Positions 29,412-41,496 of a stretch of 64,000 bases of DNA are shown piece by piece (within the stretch, counting starts at the first letter, position 1; each line of letters starts with the position of its first letter). Made by a program: the position numbers and the translations under genes. The stretch is taken from NCBI GenBank assembly GCA_041397385.1, contig JAWKWW010000009.1, positions 52,016 to 116,015 on the forward strand, written 5' to 3'. The stretch comes from Paracoccaceae bacterium. GTDB lineage: Bacteria; Pseudomonadota; Alphaproteobacteria; Rhodobacterales; Rhodobacteraceae. The notes under the pieces were generated by a model that searched no databases, was not told the origin of the DNA, and saw nothing but the letters and a program-made list of their open reading frames with translations.

Positions 29412-30335
29412 TCCGGCTCTCCTTGAGGCGCGGGTCGATCCAGCGCGTTGAGGATGTCGGCGAGCGTGGTGGCCGCGATGAAGCGTGGTGGCGGCAAGGA
29501 CGGCGCCAAGGGTGACAGGGTAGTTCCGCAGAATCCGCGTCATACATCAGCTTGCCGATGCCGAGCCAGACGGGAACGATTTCCGCAAAGACCGCGCTGC
29601 GCAGCATGTAGCCGACGCCGACGCCAAGCACACGGTGACAGTGGGCGCCACGGCGGTGCACCAGGGGCGTACCGGTAGACGATCCGCACCTCGGCAGACC
29701 GAGCGCGGGCGTTGCGGATATGTAGTTCGCCGACAGCACCTCGATCATCGAGGCGCGGCCGAGCAGCGGCCGGCCGATCCACCGCGACGGCGGGCAGGAT
29801 CAGGTGGTGAAGACGCGATCCCAGGCCTTCGCCTTCGCCCGCGCCGATGGCCGGAAGCCAGCCCAGCGCGGCGGAGAACAGAAAGCATCAGATCGCGATG
29901 ATCACCGGCGGGACCGAGATGAGCTGACCGATAATAGTCCGATCACCCTGTCAAAGACGCTGTTACGCCGCACCGCCCACGCCGCGCGGCCAGCGGAATG
30001 CCAAGCCCGGCGGCGATGAGAAGGGCAGCAGGATCAGTTCGACCGTATAGGGCGCGTGCGCCGCCCAGACCTCGGTCACCGGGCGGCGGAGCGCGCAGAT
30101 CGGTGCCCAGATCGCCCGACAGGACCGAGCCGACATAACGTGCGATCTGCACCGGCATCGGCCGGTCGAGGCCGAGTTTCTCGGCAAAGGCCGCCTTGAT
30201 CGCGGGCGTCGCCTTGGGCCCCAGCATGGCCGGGCCGGATCGCCGGGAGCAGCCTGCACGATGACGTAGAGCGTCGAGATGGCGAGCAGAAGGACGCAGC
30301 CGAGCGCGATCCCGCCGCAGGATATAGCCGAACAT
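29408..30335 (-). CDS. Peptide ABC permease, DppB-like (frameshifted)
   Basis: MFGYILRR, LGLDRPMPVQ, GDLG, IDPRL. Confidence 0.7.
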
Positions 30336-30399
30336 GGAAGGGCTCCGGTCTGGGTCGGGAGCGGGGTTGTCCGCCCCGTTATCGCTGGATTCGCCGCTT

Positions 30400-31935
30400 T
30401 TAGAAGGCGCCGAAGACAGGGCGGCCATCGGGCAGCGCCGCCCGGAACGATGCTGTCGCGCCAAGGACGGTCAGCGGCTCATGGGTCAGGAAAAGAGAGT
30501 GCGCCTTCCAGCATATGCCGGAAGCTGTGGACATAGATCGCGGCACGCTCGCCTTCATCCACCGTCTCTCGCGCCTTTTCCACCAGCGCGTCATAGTCGA
30601 GATGGCCATCCCCTTCCAGTTCAGACGCCGACCTGATCGGAGATGAAGTATTGCAGCGTATAAAGCCCGTCCGGGTTTGCCGTACCAGCTTTTCACGCAT
30701 GCAGTTGCAGAGCCTTGGCACGTTCTTCGTCACGGCCCAGAATGTGCCCTCGTCCTGGCCGTTCAGCTCGACCGTCAAGCCGATCTCGGCCAGGTTCGCC
30801 TGCATGATCTGGGCGATGGCCGCGCGGTTGGCGTTGTTCACATAGTCAGCCGGATCGCCGTGCCTTCAGCGCCGGCCTCGGCGATCAGCGCCTTCGCGCC
30901 GTCGACATCGCGTTGCATCAGCTTGCCCTCGCGGTACAGCCGGGCAGGCCGGGGGCGATGCCCGGCGCCTGCTTCGTGGCGTTCGAGGGTGGCCTGGAAG
31001 AGGATCGTCGGAATGTCGATCGCCTTCTGGATCGCATGGCGGACACGGATATCGGACAGGGGCCGGATGGGTTTCGGAGATTCCCAGCCACAGCGGGTCG
31101 ATCGACTGTTTCAGCGCCACCTGCCCGTCGCGCGGCACGTTGGCCGACCAGTTGTCGTATTCCAGCGCAGAGACGCCAAAAACGTAATCGACCTCACCCG
31201 CCTCGAACGCCACCCGCGCGGCATTGTCGTCAGCGTGGCGATCAGTTCGACCTCGTCGAAGGCGCCGGGCGTGCCGGTCCAGTCGGGGTCCTTCTCCAGC
31301 ACCATCGGCTGGCCCGGCTCAAAGCTCTTAGACCGGTAGGGGCGGGTTGGCCAACCGGTCGCCTCGAAATAGCCTGCCCGCCGCCTCGGCGGCGCCTTTC
31401 GAGATAGCGCCCGTCGTATAGGTCAGCGTCGCCGACCAGAAGCTGGGCGAGGGTTTGGCCAGATGGATGATGCCGGTATACTTGCCGGTCACCTCGACAT
31501 CGGTCAGGAGCGCGCGTATTCGGGGCCAGTGCACTTTCCAGATCGGGTTGTTGGCGCTCAAAGAATACTCAGCATCCTCGGCTGTCAGTTCGCCGTATCC
31601 TCCCGACCACATGATCCCGGGCTGGTTCGAAGGCGATGTTGGCGGGGTCCGACAGATCGCTGACGCGGCTGCATCAAGTTCAACGGTCCATTCGTCACCG
31701 TACACGTGCGCCCAGTCGCCGGATGGGGGACATCACGATCAGTATCGCCTCGGAAGAAGAGCCATAGTAGGCGGATCGAGGTAGCCGGGATCAGCCGGAA
31801 TGGCGATCAGGCGTATCGGCGGACGCGGCCACCGGCAGGGCTACGACAAGGTTGTCGATACCAGCAGGCGGCAGTGGAGGTCAGTGAAACCCTTGATGGC
31901 GAGGTCGGAACTGCGCAGTATCAAGGGATGAAGAC
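30400..31935 (-). CDS. Family 5 ABC substrate-binding protein (frameshifted, approximate ends)
   Basis: GYGELTAEDAEYS, AFEAGEVD, IAQIMQANLAEIG. Confidence 0.65.
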
Positions 31936-32002
31936 CCGGTCAGCGACAGGGGAGGTTGAGATCGTCAATTGGCGTTATGCTGAGTGTAGTCAAGTAGCAA
32001 GA

Positions 32003-32834
32003 ATGCACAGAAAGCCGGACGAACATTTCGCCTTTGAACCCAGGCTTCTCTGCCAGCTACGGTCGTTCCATCCGAGATCATCGGCGGATCGGCTTGTGAA
32101 CCGGCAGCAGGTGAACAAGTATCTCAGCGGCCAGACCCAGCCGTCGCTGTCACACTGCGGCGCATCTGCGACTTCTTCGGCGCGTGGACGAGGGAGAAGG
32201 TCCACGAGCCGCCGCGCGGCATTTCGCAGCCCTCATCCGCCTCAGGCCGCCGCGCGCGGCCAGGCGTTGGGACCGGTTCGCGGCCCAACTAGAGCGCCTC
32301 GTCGATCACGGAACCGCCTCGGCGGAGCTTCTGGAGCGGCACGAAGGCTACTACCATGTCCATTTCAGCCCGGACCCTGATCGGGACTATATCCTGCGGG
32401 CACTGTGCCATCTGTACCGGGCGAGCAATCGCTGGCTGTCCAAGACCATCGAGCGCCACGGTGACGAGGAATTCGCCGTGCCATCCCCCATGCGGTTCAA
32501 CGGCATCGTGATCGAAGCGCATAACCGGCTGATCATCCAGGAGCGGGAAACCGGCATGGGCCGCAGCTTCTGGTCGACCGTACTTATCGCTTCGGACTAT
32601 GCCGCGCCGACGTTTTTGCCGGGCCTTGTCCTCGGGATCGCACCGGAAGGGTCACACGATGTTGTTGCGACTCGCGTCGTCTGGCAGTTTCTGGGCCGCA
32701 ATCCGGACCTTCGCGGTGCCCTGCGAGGCTGCGACGTATACGCATCCGACAGCCCGGAGCTCGCCGAGTATGTACGCCGTTTATGGGCTTCAGACGCGCA
32801 TTTGGAACAGCGCATTTTGACAGCATCGTATTGA
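32003..32834 (+). CDS. XRE-family HTH regulator (frameshifted)
   Basis: NRQQVNKYLSG HTH; C-terminal GYYHVHF domain; divergent from the ABC operon. Confidence 0.6.
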
Positions 32835-33009
32835 AAACGTTCTGTCCTTGCACCGTTCTCCTTGCTCAGGCCTCCGATCTGACACGATGAGCCGCTTTTG
32901 CGCAGAGAGATCGACCATGATGCCTGTGCGAACAGCGTGAATCATCAGCTGGCCGGATTTGTGTCGGGTAACTTTCACCCTGTCCGCAGCTTTCGTGATC
33001 GGCGGGTCG

Positions 33010-34355
33010 TCAGATTTCTGCGCGGCTTTCCCATTCGATGAGTTTCATTCGGCCGCTGACACCGATCGAACGGAACGGGTCGGGCGGGATCGTCGAGGGC
33101 TGACCGCTGACCGAGATGATATCTTCGAGTGCCTGCGAGTTTCGGCGCAGCGCAAGATCAACCAGCAGCCTGCCGGAACTCGCACCTCGCGTCATTCCCA
33201 CCCCGTTGTTACAATTCGCCGAATAGACGCCCGGAGCCATCTCGCCGAAAAAGGTTGCGTGGTTTCGTGACAGGCTGACCACGCCGCCCCAGGTGGATGT
33301 GATCGGGACGTTCCTAAGGGCCGGGAAACGCTTGTCCAGCCCCTCCCTGTGCGCTCGGCGACCTTGCCAAGGTCGCGGGCCGTGGCCCGGTAGTTCGGGG
33401 CAAATCCATAGTGGTTGCGGATCAGAAGCCGCCCGTCGGCCGTCATGCGCGCAGAGTTGTGCCGCCCGCATCCGCCGGCGTCAGACCCCAGTTCATTCTG
33501 CCGGTATAGCGCTTGCGTTCTGCCGTCGTCAGGGCGCGCGTAATACTGGCATAGGTGATGGTGGGCAGAATGCGGTTTGTCATATAGCCGAATTCCGGTG
33601 TGTAGGGATCGGTGGCAAGGATGACCTTGTTTGCTGCCACCTCGACCACATCGCCATCGCCAAGGCGAAGTCGCGCCGCAAAGCCACCGGATTTTCCGAG
33701 AACTCCACGACAGCGGCATCGTCGCGCAGCGTGACGTTTTCGGGCAGGCGCCGCGCCAGGCCGCGGACCAGCAGGAATGGGTCGACAAGGACGGCGCCGG
33801 GAGTGAAAACGGCGCCTGCGTAGTAGTCGGTTCCCATGATGTCCGCGCAGCCCTGCCGATCCAGAACCTCATAGCGTTCGCCGATCTTGTCGAGCGCTTC
33901 GCAGAACTTTCGCATCATGCCCGTGCCGCGTTCACGAACGGCGCCCTGCAGCTTCCCGACGGGCGACCAGTCGCAGGCGATGCCAAGCCGTTCGGTCTGC
34001 TCCCGCAGGGTCGCAATCGCGCCCCGGTTCAACCCCATGATCTTGTGAAGACGCGCTGCATCGGGATGATCGAGGTCGAATTTGTGCGGCAGGTCCAGCA
34101 GAAAGCCCGAGTTGCGCCCCGATGCGCCCCAGCCCACCGGGCGGGCATCGACCATGAGGACACGGTCCTGAGGCACCAGTTCGCCAAGCCGGTGCGCGGC
34201 GGAAAGGCCAGTGATGCCGGCGCCCACCACAAGCCAGTCAAACTGGCCGTTGATGGAGGTGTCTCATCGTCGATCGGAACGATCTCATCGGCCGGACGCC
34301 AGCCGGAGGGCCGGTCCATGGGAGGTATGGTTGGTGTTCTTTTCTGTGTCGGCAT
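33010..34355 (-). CDS. FAD-dependent oxidoreductase, DAO/PuuB-like (frameshifted)
   Basis: VGAGITGLSAA, GASGRNSGF, TWGG, CNNGVG. Confidence 0.8.
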
Positions 34356-34381
34356 CTCGGTATCCCCGGCTGGGTGTCGGC

Positions 34382-35191
34382 CTAGGCGAAACGGATCAGC
34401 GGCCTGTTGAGAGTGTTCAGTTCCTTCAACGACTCGAGGAAATCGAAATCGGCCTTGCGGGTAGCGACGGCATCCGTGTCAATGGTCGCGAGCAGGAGCC
34501 CGTTCTCGGCTGAGCCCGTGTTCAGGCGAGAGCCGTCTGGCGCGCAGATCGTGCTGGCACCGCTGTATACCGGCTCAGTCCCATTCGCGGCATAATCGCA
34601 ATAGGCAACGAACATGGCGTTTTCATAGGCCCGTGCCGGGACGATACAGTCGGACACGAACCGCCAGCGCGCACGCAGCGCCGTTGGAACAACAAGCAAT
34701 TCTGCACCTGCAAGCGCCGCATGGCGGGGCAGTTCCGGGAACTCGACATCGTAGCAGATGACGACGGAGCACCGCACGCCTTCGAACTCGAACACCTGCG
34801 GCCAGGTGCCGGAATGAAAGCAGCCACGTTCAAAGTCGTTCGGCAGGGCCATTTTCCGATAGTTATGAAGCAGCCGCCCCTGTCCATCGAATACGACGGC
34901 GCTGTTGAATAGCTTTCCGTCACTCCGTTCCGGATACCCAAGGACAAGCCCAATGCCGTGGCGGGCCGCAAGCTGCGATGCCGCTTGGATAGCCGGTGAC
35001 GTCACGTGCTGGGCGGCAGCCCGGACTGCGTCAGCGTTGCCGTACCCACTCAGGTATAGTTCCGGCGTGACAAGCAACCGGGCGCCGCTGCGGGCGGCGC
35101 TGGACATGGCATGGTCCAGCGCTGCCAGCGCCCTTTCAGACGTGTGGAATTCAGGTGCTGCCTGAAAGAGCGCGATAGTCAGTTCTGGCAT
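34382..35191 (-). CDS. Carbon-nitrogen hydrolase (nitrilase superfamily)
   Basis: PELYLSGY, YRK, ICYDVEFPE catalytic triad. Confidence 0.9.
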   Translation of the reverse strand: MPELTIALFQAAPEFHTSERALAALDHAMSSAARSGARLLVTPELYLSGYGNADAVRAAAQHVTSPAIQAASQLAARHGIGLVLGYPERSDGKLFNSAVVFDGQGRLLHNYRKMALPNDFERGCFHSGTWPQVFEFEGVRCSVVICYDVEFPELPRHAALAGAELLVVPTALRARWRFVSDCIVPARAYENAMFVAYCDYAANGTEPVYSGASTICAPDGSRLNTGSAENGLLLATIDTDAVATRKADFDFLESLKELNTLNRPLIRFA

Positions 35192-35213
35192 CGACGGGAC
35201 TCTGGTTATGGTG

Positions 35214-36518
35214 TCAGTGCAGGCCTAGCAGACGGGGCACGAAAAGAGAAAGCTCTGGCACGAAGGTCACCATCAGCATCACCGGTAGCGCGACATAGAA
35301 GATGATCTGCAATGCCGGTTTGATGGCTTCATGGATCGACACCTTGCCGATGCGGCAGGCCATGTAGAGGATAGGCGCCACCGGCGGACTGTTTGCCCCG
35401 ATCACGACCGAGCAGGCCACGATCGAGGCGTAATGCACCGGATCGACGCCGTGATGCATCATCAATGGCATCATCAGCGGCGCGATCACGACCGTCACCG
35501 AAAGGTCGTCCATGATCATGCCCACGAAGATCAGGAACGCGTTGACCAGAATGAGGATCAGGATCTTGTTCTCGGACACTTGCGTGACGGCTTCGGTCAG
35601 CTCCTGCGGCACACTCTCAGCGACCATGATCCGTCCGATCATGAAGGAAAACAGCAGGATCAGGATGATCGTGCCGGTTGTCTCACCTGCCTCCACCAGA
35701 CTTTGGCGGAAGCGCGAAAGCGTCAGGTCGCGGTAGATGAAAAAGCCGATCAGGATGGCCATGAAGAGCGCCACGGCGGCCGCCTCTGTGGGGGTGAAGA
35801 CACCGCCGTAGATTCCACCCAGGATGACAACGGGCATCATCAGGGCCGGTGCGGCCTGTATCGTGGCGCGCATCGGACCATGCGGTGACTTCTGCGCCTT
35901 TATCGCGGCCAGTCGCTCGGGTGTGTCGACCAACATGCGGGCCGTTGCGATCTTGTTGAAGATCATCAGACCCACCATGAGCAGCAGGCCCGGCACGATT
36001 GTCGCAGCGAACAGTGCGGTGATCGACTGACGGGTGACGACACCGAACAGGATCAGCGTGATCGACGGCGGAATGAGAATGCCGAGGAGCGATGAAACCC
36101 CGAGCATCGCGCTGGTATAACCGCGCGGATAGCCGCGTGCCGCCAGCGGATCGCCCATGATCGTACCGATCGAGGCGACGGCCGCCGTCGCCGTGCCGGA
36201 AATCGCGCCGAAGACGCCGGATGATCCGATCAGGGCGGCCCCGAGCCCGCCCTTGCGGCCACGCATCATCATCGACATGAACGAGATCAGCCGCGCGGCG
36301 ACGCCACCGCTTTGCATCAGATAGCCCGCGAGGACGAACAGCGGCAGCGCCAGAAGGATGACCGAGTCGAGCGACCGGTACCCCTGCAACAACAACGTGG
36401 CGGTATTCACATCATAGGCCCAGACGAGGAACATCAGGACACCCGCGAAGGACCACGCGACGGGTACCCCGAAAATCATCAGGGCCATCAGAAGAAGAAT
36501 GCCGAAAAGCGCTTCCAT
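35214..36518 (-). CDS. dctM: TRAP transporter large permease
   Basis: LALPLFVLAG, GILIPPSI, FTPTEAAAV. Confidence 0.92.
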   Translation of the reverse strand: MEALFGILLLMALMIFGVPVAWSFAGVLMFLVWAYDVNTATLLLQGYRSLDSVILLALPLFVLAGYLMQSGGVAARLISFMSMMMRGRKGGLGAALIGSSGVFGAISGTATAAVASIGTIMGDPLAARGYPRGYTSAMLGVSSLLGILIPPSITLILFGVVTRQSITALFAATIVPGLLLMVGLMIFNKIATARMLVDTPERLAAIKAQKSPHGPMRATIQAAPALMMPVVILGGIYGGVFTPTEAAAVALFMAILIGFFIYRDLTLSRFRQSLVEAGETTGTIILILLFSFMIGRIMVAESVPQELTEAVTQVSENKILILILVNAFLIFVGMIMDDLSVTVVIAPLMMPLMMHHGVDPVHYASIVACSVVIGANSPPVAPILYMACRIGKVSIHEAIKPALQIIFYVALPVMLMVTFVPELSLFVPRLLGLH

Positions 36519-37039
36519 GGGTCAGTTCTCCCTGTGTTGCTGGATGCCCTGCCAAACACCGAAAAACCGGCAGCGACGGCATCGCGAACCGCATAGACAC
36601 CGCAAAAAATCGCAGCCAGAACGACGGCTGATTGCGGAATGATCAGCGGGATACTGAGTGCAGCGGTCGTTTGAGGGCGCTTCATCGACCATGCGACCAT
36701 ATCGCTGGCGAGGCTCAGAAAGAACAGGCTGAGCACGACCATGACCAGGGACACGGCGAAGGTATGTAGCGCCTTGGTTCTGGGATTCGTGAGCGACAGG
36801 GACAGAAAATCGACGACAAGGTGCTGGTGGTTGCGCGCCGCGACAACAGCCCCGCACATGTAAAGCCAGATTGCCGACAGTGTCGCCAGTTCCAGCACGC
36901 CGACAACCGACCAGCCGAGAAAGTAGCGCGCAGCCACAAGGAACAGGATCAGCCCGGTGATTGCGAGGCTGGTGACAATGACGATTATGTTCAGCAGGCC
37001 TATCAGGCCAGAATCCAGCTTTCTGAAGAATTCCACCAT
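36488..37039 (-). CDS. dctQ: TRAP transporter small permease
   Basis: Four TM segments, ARYF..ELA, HLVVD. Confidence 0.85.
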   Translation of the reverse strand: MVEFFRKLDSGLIGLLNIIVIVTSLAITGLILFLVAARYFLGWSVVGVLELATLSAIWLYMCGAVVAARNHQHLVVDFLSLSLTNPRTKALHTFAVSLVMVVLSLFFLSLASDMVAWSMKRPQTTAALSIPLIIPQSAVVLAAIFCGVYAVRDAVAAGFSVFGRASSNTGRTDPWKRFSAFFF

Positions 37040-37113
37040 GACGGTAAGCTCCCAGTATCCTGAATGGGGGTAAGACAACGGCCGGAACCCGTAGGCTCCG
37101 GCCGCGAAATGTT

Positions 37114-38100
37114 TCAGTTCACTTCGGCGCGGATCAGGTCCATGACGTCCTTGCCGACATCAGGCTCCATCTGTGGCCAGACCTCGGCGCGGACCTTTTC
37201 AACGATCGGCGCAAGCTGTTCGTCCGTCAGTTCGAAGTATTCCATGCCGGACTCGACGGCGAGTTGAACATAGTGTTCGTCTTCCGCCTTCGCGGCTTCG
37301 AACTGCGCCTCCATCGTGGTGATGGCGGTTTCTTCGACCAGCTTCTTCTGTTCGTCCGTCAGTTCCTCGTAGGTCTCAAGGTTCACCAGCAGGTTACCCG
37401 TCACGAAGGTGTGCTTGGTCCGGACATAGTAGTCGAGCACGTCGCGGAAGTACTCGTAGTCCCAGTAGATCACGTTGCCAGCGTCACCATCAACAACGCC
37501 GGTCTGGATCGAGGTGTAGACCTCGCCCCAGTCGATCGCGGCGGTCTGGTAACCCATCGACTCGAGAATCTGTGGGAAGGGGAACAGGGGTGGGGTCCGC
37601 ACCTTCATCCCGCTCGCGCCAGCCAAGTCCAGCGCGTACGAACCGCGAGACGCGACACCGCTGAAGCCTTCCGGCCAGGCGCCGAAATACTTGAGCCCGA
37701 TATCGTTGAATACCGTGTTCAGAACGCCATTGGCCCAGCCGCCAGGCTTGTAGGCTTCCAGTGCCTCGTCCCACGACGTCACCATGTAGGGTGTGTTCAG
37801 GATGCCGATCCGCTTGTCATAGGACGTCGACGGCCACGAGATCATCGCGTCCACTTCGCCGGCCACGAACAGGTCAAACACCTCAAGCTGGCCGCCCAGT
37901 TCGTTCTGGTAGAACACCTTGACGTCAATTTCGCCGTTGGACCCGTCCTTGACGGCATTCGCCCAGGCGGCCAGCGCCTTGCCCGACGGCGAATCGCGGT
38001 CGCCGGAATCCGTTGCAAACTTGAGTTCGATCTGTGCTGAAGCCGCGCTTGCGGCAAAGGCCGCCAGGAAAGCAGCCGTTGAGAGAAACCTCTGAAACAT
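37114..38100 (-). CDS. dctP: TRAP substrate-binding protein
   Basis: Signal peptide; GMKVRT; EVYTSIQTGVVDG. Confidence 0.9.
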   Translation of the reverse strand: MFQRFLSTAAFLAAFAASAASAQIELKFATDSGDRDSPSGKALAAWANAVKDGSNGEIDVKVFYQNELGGQLEVFDLFVAGEVDAMISWPSTSYDKRIGILNTPYMVTSWDEALEAYKPGGWANGVLNTVFNDIGLKYFGAWPEGFSGVASRGSYALDLAGASGMKVRTPPLFPFPQILESMGYQTAAIDWGEVYTSIQTGVVDGDAGNVIYWDYEYFRDVLDYYVRTKHTFVTGNLLVNLETYEELTDEQKKLVEETAITTMEAQFEAAKAEDEHYVQLAVESGMEYFELTDEQLAPIVEKVRAEVWPQMEPDVGKDVMDLIRAEVN

Positions 38101-38135
38101 CTCCATCCTCCTCGCTGGGTAGTTCGTGATTGACT

Positions 38136-38180
38136 GAACATAACAGTCGTTACGCTCATTGCGTAACATGTGTTATGTTC
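38136..38180. promoter_or_regulatory. Double palindromic TetR operator
   Basis: GAACATAACAGTCGTTACGC-TCATT-GCGTAACATGTGTTATGTTC between divergent dctP and tetR. Confidence 0.65.
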
Positions 38181-38242
38181 TGTAATTGAGTCAATGAACT
38201 TTTTTGTGGAACCGGGCATGCGGTCGGGGCGGGAGAACGAAA

Positions 38243-38887
38243 ATGGCGCGCGCGACAAAGAAGGCGGACCGAAATCTGGATCCAACGAGTTGGGTCGCCG
38301 CTGCCCGTAAAACATTGATCGAAAAGGGCATCAGCGGCATCAGCCTACGCCAGCTGGCCGAGGATCTGGGCGCAACGACGGGCGCCTTTTACTGGCAGTT
38401 CGGCAATCTCGAGGAATTGCTTGAAGAGGTTCGTCAGGACTGGGCGGACCGCAACACCGCCCCGTTCACCGAGGCAATCGAGTCGGCTGGCGACGACGGC
38501 TGGCAGCAATACCTGGCCTATGTGCGCGTGTTGCTGGAGGAGGATCAGTATGTTCCTGCCTATGACAACGCGATCCGCGACTGGGCTCACAGTTCACCGC
38601 GCACGGCCGAGGTGCTTCGCGAAACCGAAGCCTTCCGGATCGAACAATTGCGGCGCATTTTCGTCGCTCTTGGTTTCGAGGGCCGCGCTGCCAGCGTCCG
38701 GGCCCATGTCACCTATTTCTCGCAGACAGGCTACAATGCGATGCAGGTTACGGAACCCAGGGAAGAACGCCTGTTAAACGTTCCTTTCTATGCCGATGTC
38801 CTTACAGACCGGCAGGACCTGCTGCGTCTGAAGACTGCACGGGCGGTGTCGGACCTTATCCTCGCGGGCAAGCGGGAGGAAAACTGA
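38243..38887 (+). CDS. TetR-family regulator
   Basis: LRQLAEDLGATTGAFYWQF. Confidence 0.88.
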   Translation: MARATKKADRNLDPTSWVAAARKTLIEKGISGISLRQLAEDLGATTGAFYWQFGNLEELLEEVRQDWADRNTAPFTEAIESAGDDGWQQYLAYVRVLLEEDQYVPAYDNAIRDWAHSSPRTAEVLRETEAFRIEQLRRIFVALGFEGRAASVRAHVTYFSQTGYNAMQVTEPREERLLNVPFYADVLTDRQDLLRLKTARAVSDLILAGKREEN

Positions 38888-38981
38888 GCGTTTACGCCTT
38901 CATGCCGTTTCGACATGTTAGCCCTGCCGGAATGGTCGCCTTTGGTCATCTGTCGCTTCGTGAAGCGTCGACAGGCCGATA

Positions 38982-41400
38982 TCACGATCTCAGCCTTTCC
39001 CCTTTTGGGTCAAAGGGTGGTTCGGCAAGGATCGTCCCTTTGTGATCCTGCCCCAGAATGGCGACCGAGACGGCCGTGCCCGCCACCGCATGGGCAGCCT
39101 TGATGAAACCGATGGCTAGTGATTTACCCACCGAATAGCCGTAAGCACCTGAACTAACCCGGCCAACCGGAGTGCCGTCGGGCAGAAAGATCGGCTCGCC
39201 GCCCGTGGCATCGGCGATATCGGCCGCGACCTCGATCACCACCAGCTTTTCGCGGGGTGCGCGGTCGGCGAGTGCCGCATAGGGCGCCTTGCCGAGGAAA
39301 TCGGGCTTGTCCATCTTGATCAGCCGGTCGAGGCCAACCTCTTGCGGCCAGTATTCGGGGCTGTATTCGCGGCCCCAGGAACCATAGCCCTTCTCGACGC
39401 GGAGCGAGAGCAGGGCGCGGCTGCCGACCGGACGGACGCCGAGGTCTTCGCCGCTGGTCAGAAGCGCGGTGTAGAGTTTCACCTGGTCGGCTTCCGCCAC
39501 ATAGAGTTCCCAGCCGAGATCGCCGGTGAACGAAACCCGGATCGCAATGGCCTCGACGCCGGCAATGGAGATACGGCGCGAGCGCATGAAGGGGAACGCC
39601 TCGCCCGACAAGTCCTCTTGCGTCAGCCGGGACAGGAGCGCGCGCGCCTGCGGACCCGCAACGTTTACACCGCAGAGGTCGACCGTGAGACTCTTGAACG
39701 AAACCGTTTCGGGCCGCGGAACCTCGTTGAAATAGCGCAGGTGGTAACGCTCGGCCATGCCCGAGCCCACCATGAAGAAGTGATCCTCGCCAAGCTTCGT
39801 CACGGTGAAGTCGCCCGCGATACCGCCGCGCTTGCCGATGAGCGGGGTCAGGCAGGACCGCCCGATCTGCGACGGAACCCGGTTGGCGATGACCCGGTCA
39901 AGCCAGTCGCCCGCGCCTTCGCCCCTGACCTCGTATTTCGCGAAGTTCGAGATGTCGATGACGCCGACACCGTCCCGCAATGCCTTCGCCTCGGCCCCGA
40001 CATGGTCGAACCAGGGCTGGCGGGTGAAGCCGTAGCTTTCCTTCGCTCGACGCCCTTGGGCGCAAACCAGAGCGGGTGTTCCCAGCCGTAATTGAGACCA
40101 AAGACTGCGCCCATGTCCTTTTGCAGAGCGAAAGCGGGCGGGTGCGCACCGGGCGACCGGCGGCACGTTCCTCATAGGGGAAATGGATCTTGAAGCGGTT
40201 GGCATACTGGTCCTGCACGCGCGCCTTGGTAAAGGCCTTGTCAGCCCAGTCGCCGAACCGGGCGAGATCCCAGGCGAACATGTCGTATTGCGGTTCGCCC
40301 TCGACAATCCACTGTGCGCTCATCAGGCCAAGCCCGCCCGACTGGGAGAAGCCGGGAATGATGCCCGTGCAGCAGAAATAGTTCCTGAGTTCCGGCACCG
40401 ATCCGTAAAGTGCCGCACTGTCAGGCGACCAGATCATCGGGCCGTTGATGACGCGTTTGATGCCGGCGGTTCCGACCGCCGGAACCCGCGCGATGGCGCG
40501 CATCATGTTTTCCTCGATCCGCTCCAGGTCGTCGGCGAAGAGTTCATGCCCGAAGCCCTGCGGCGTGCCGTCCTCTGCCCAGAACCGCATGTCTTTTTCG
40601 TAGGCGCCGACAAGCAATCCGTTGCCCTCCTGGCGCAGGTAGTATTCGCCGTCGCGATCGGCGACCGACGGCAGGCGGCGGCCCATTGCGGCAATCTCGG
40701 GAATCGTCTCGGTCACGAAATACTGGTGCTCGGTCGGTTGTAGCGGCAGTTCGATCCCGGCCATCCGCGCCACCTCGCGACCCCAGAGCCCGGCGGCGTT
40801 CACCACCCATTGGGCATGGATATCGCCCTTGGGCGTCTCGACGATCCAGCTGCCATCGGGTTGCTGGATCGTGGCGGTGACCGGGGTGAAGCGGTGAATC
40901 TCCGCGCCCATTTTCCGCGCCCCAGCCGCATAGGCCTGTGTCACACCCGACGGATCGACATTGCCGCCATCGGGTTCATACATGATGCAGCGGATGCCGT
41001 CGAAATCGACCAGCGGGTGCAGCCGTTCGGCCTCATCCCGGCTGATATTGTGAAAATCGGCCTTGAAGTAGCGGGCCTTGGCTTCCTGCAGGTGCAACTG
41101 ATGCTCGCGCGCCTCGGTCTGCGCAAGGTAGAGCGACCCCGGCTGGAACACGCCGCACCCCTGTCCGGTCTCGGCCTCAAGCTCCTTGTAGAGCTTCATC
41201 GTGTAGTACTGGATTTTCGAGATGTTGTTGTTGTCATGCAGCCCGTGGATGTTCGCGGCCGCGTGCCAGGTCGAACCCGAAGTCAGCTCGTCACGCTCCA
41301 GAAGCACGACGTCTGTCCAGCCGAGCTTGGCGAGGTGGTAGAGGATCGAACATCCGACCAACCCGCCACCGATGACGACCGCCTGCGCATGTGTTTTCAT
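38982..41400 (-). CDS. GcvT-family dimethylglycine/sarcosine dehydrogenase-like flavoprotein (frameshifts near 40040-40135)
   Basis: VIGGGLVG, LTSGSTWHAA, RVSFTGDLGWE, SLRVEKGY. Confidence 0.88.
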
Positions 41401-41496
41401 CGCGTCCTCCAAAAAATCCTGCGGACAAGATGACTTGGCGTTCGGCTAAAACAATCGGCTTTCACAGCTTTGGATTTTTCAATAAACAATATTGAA

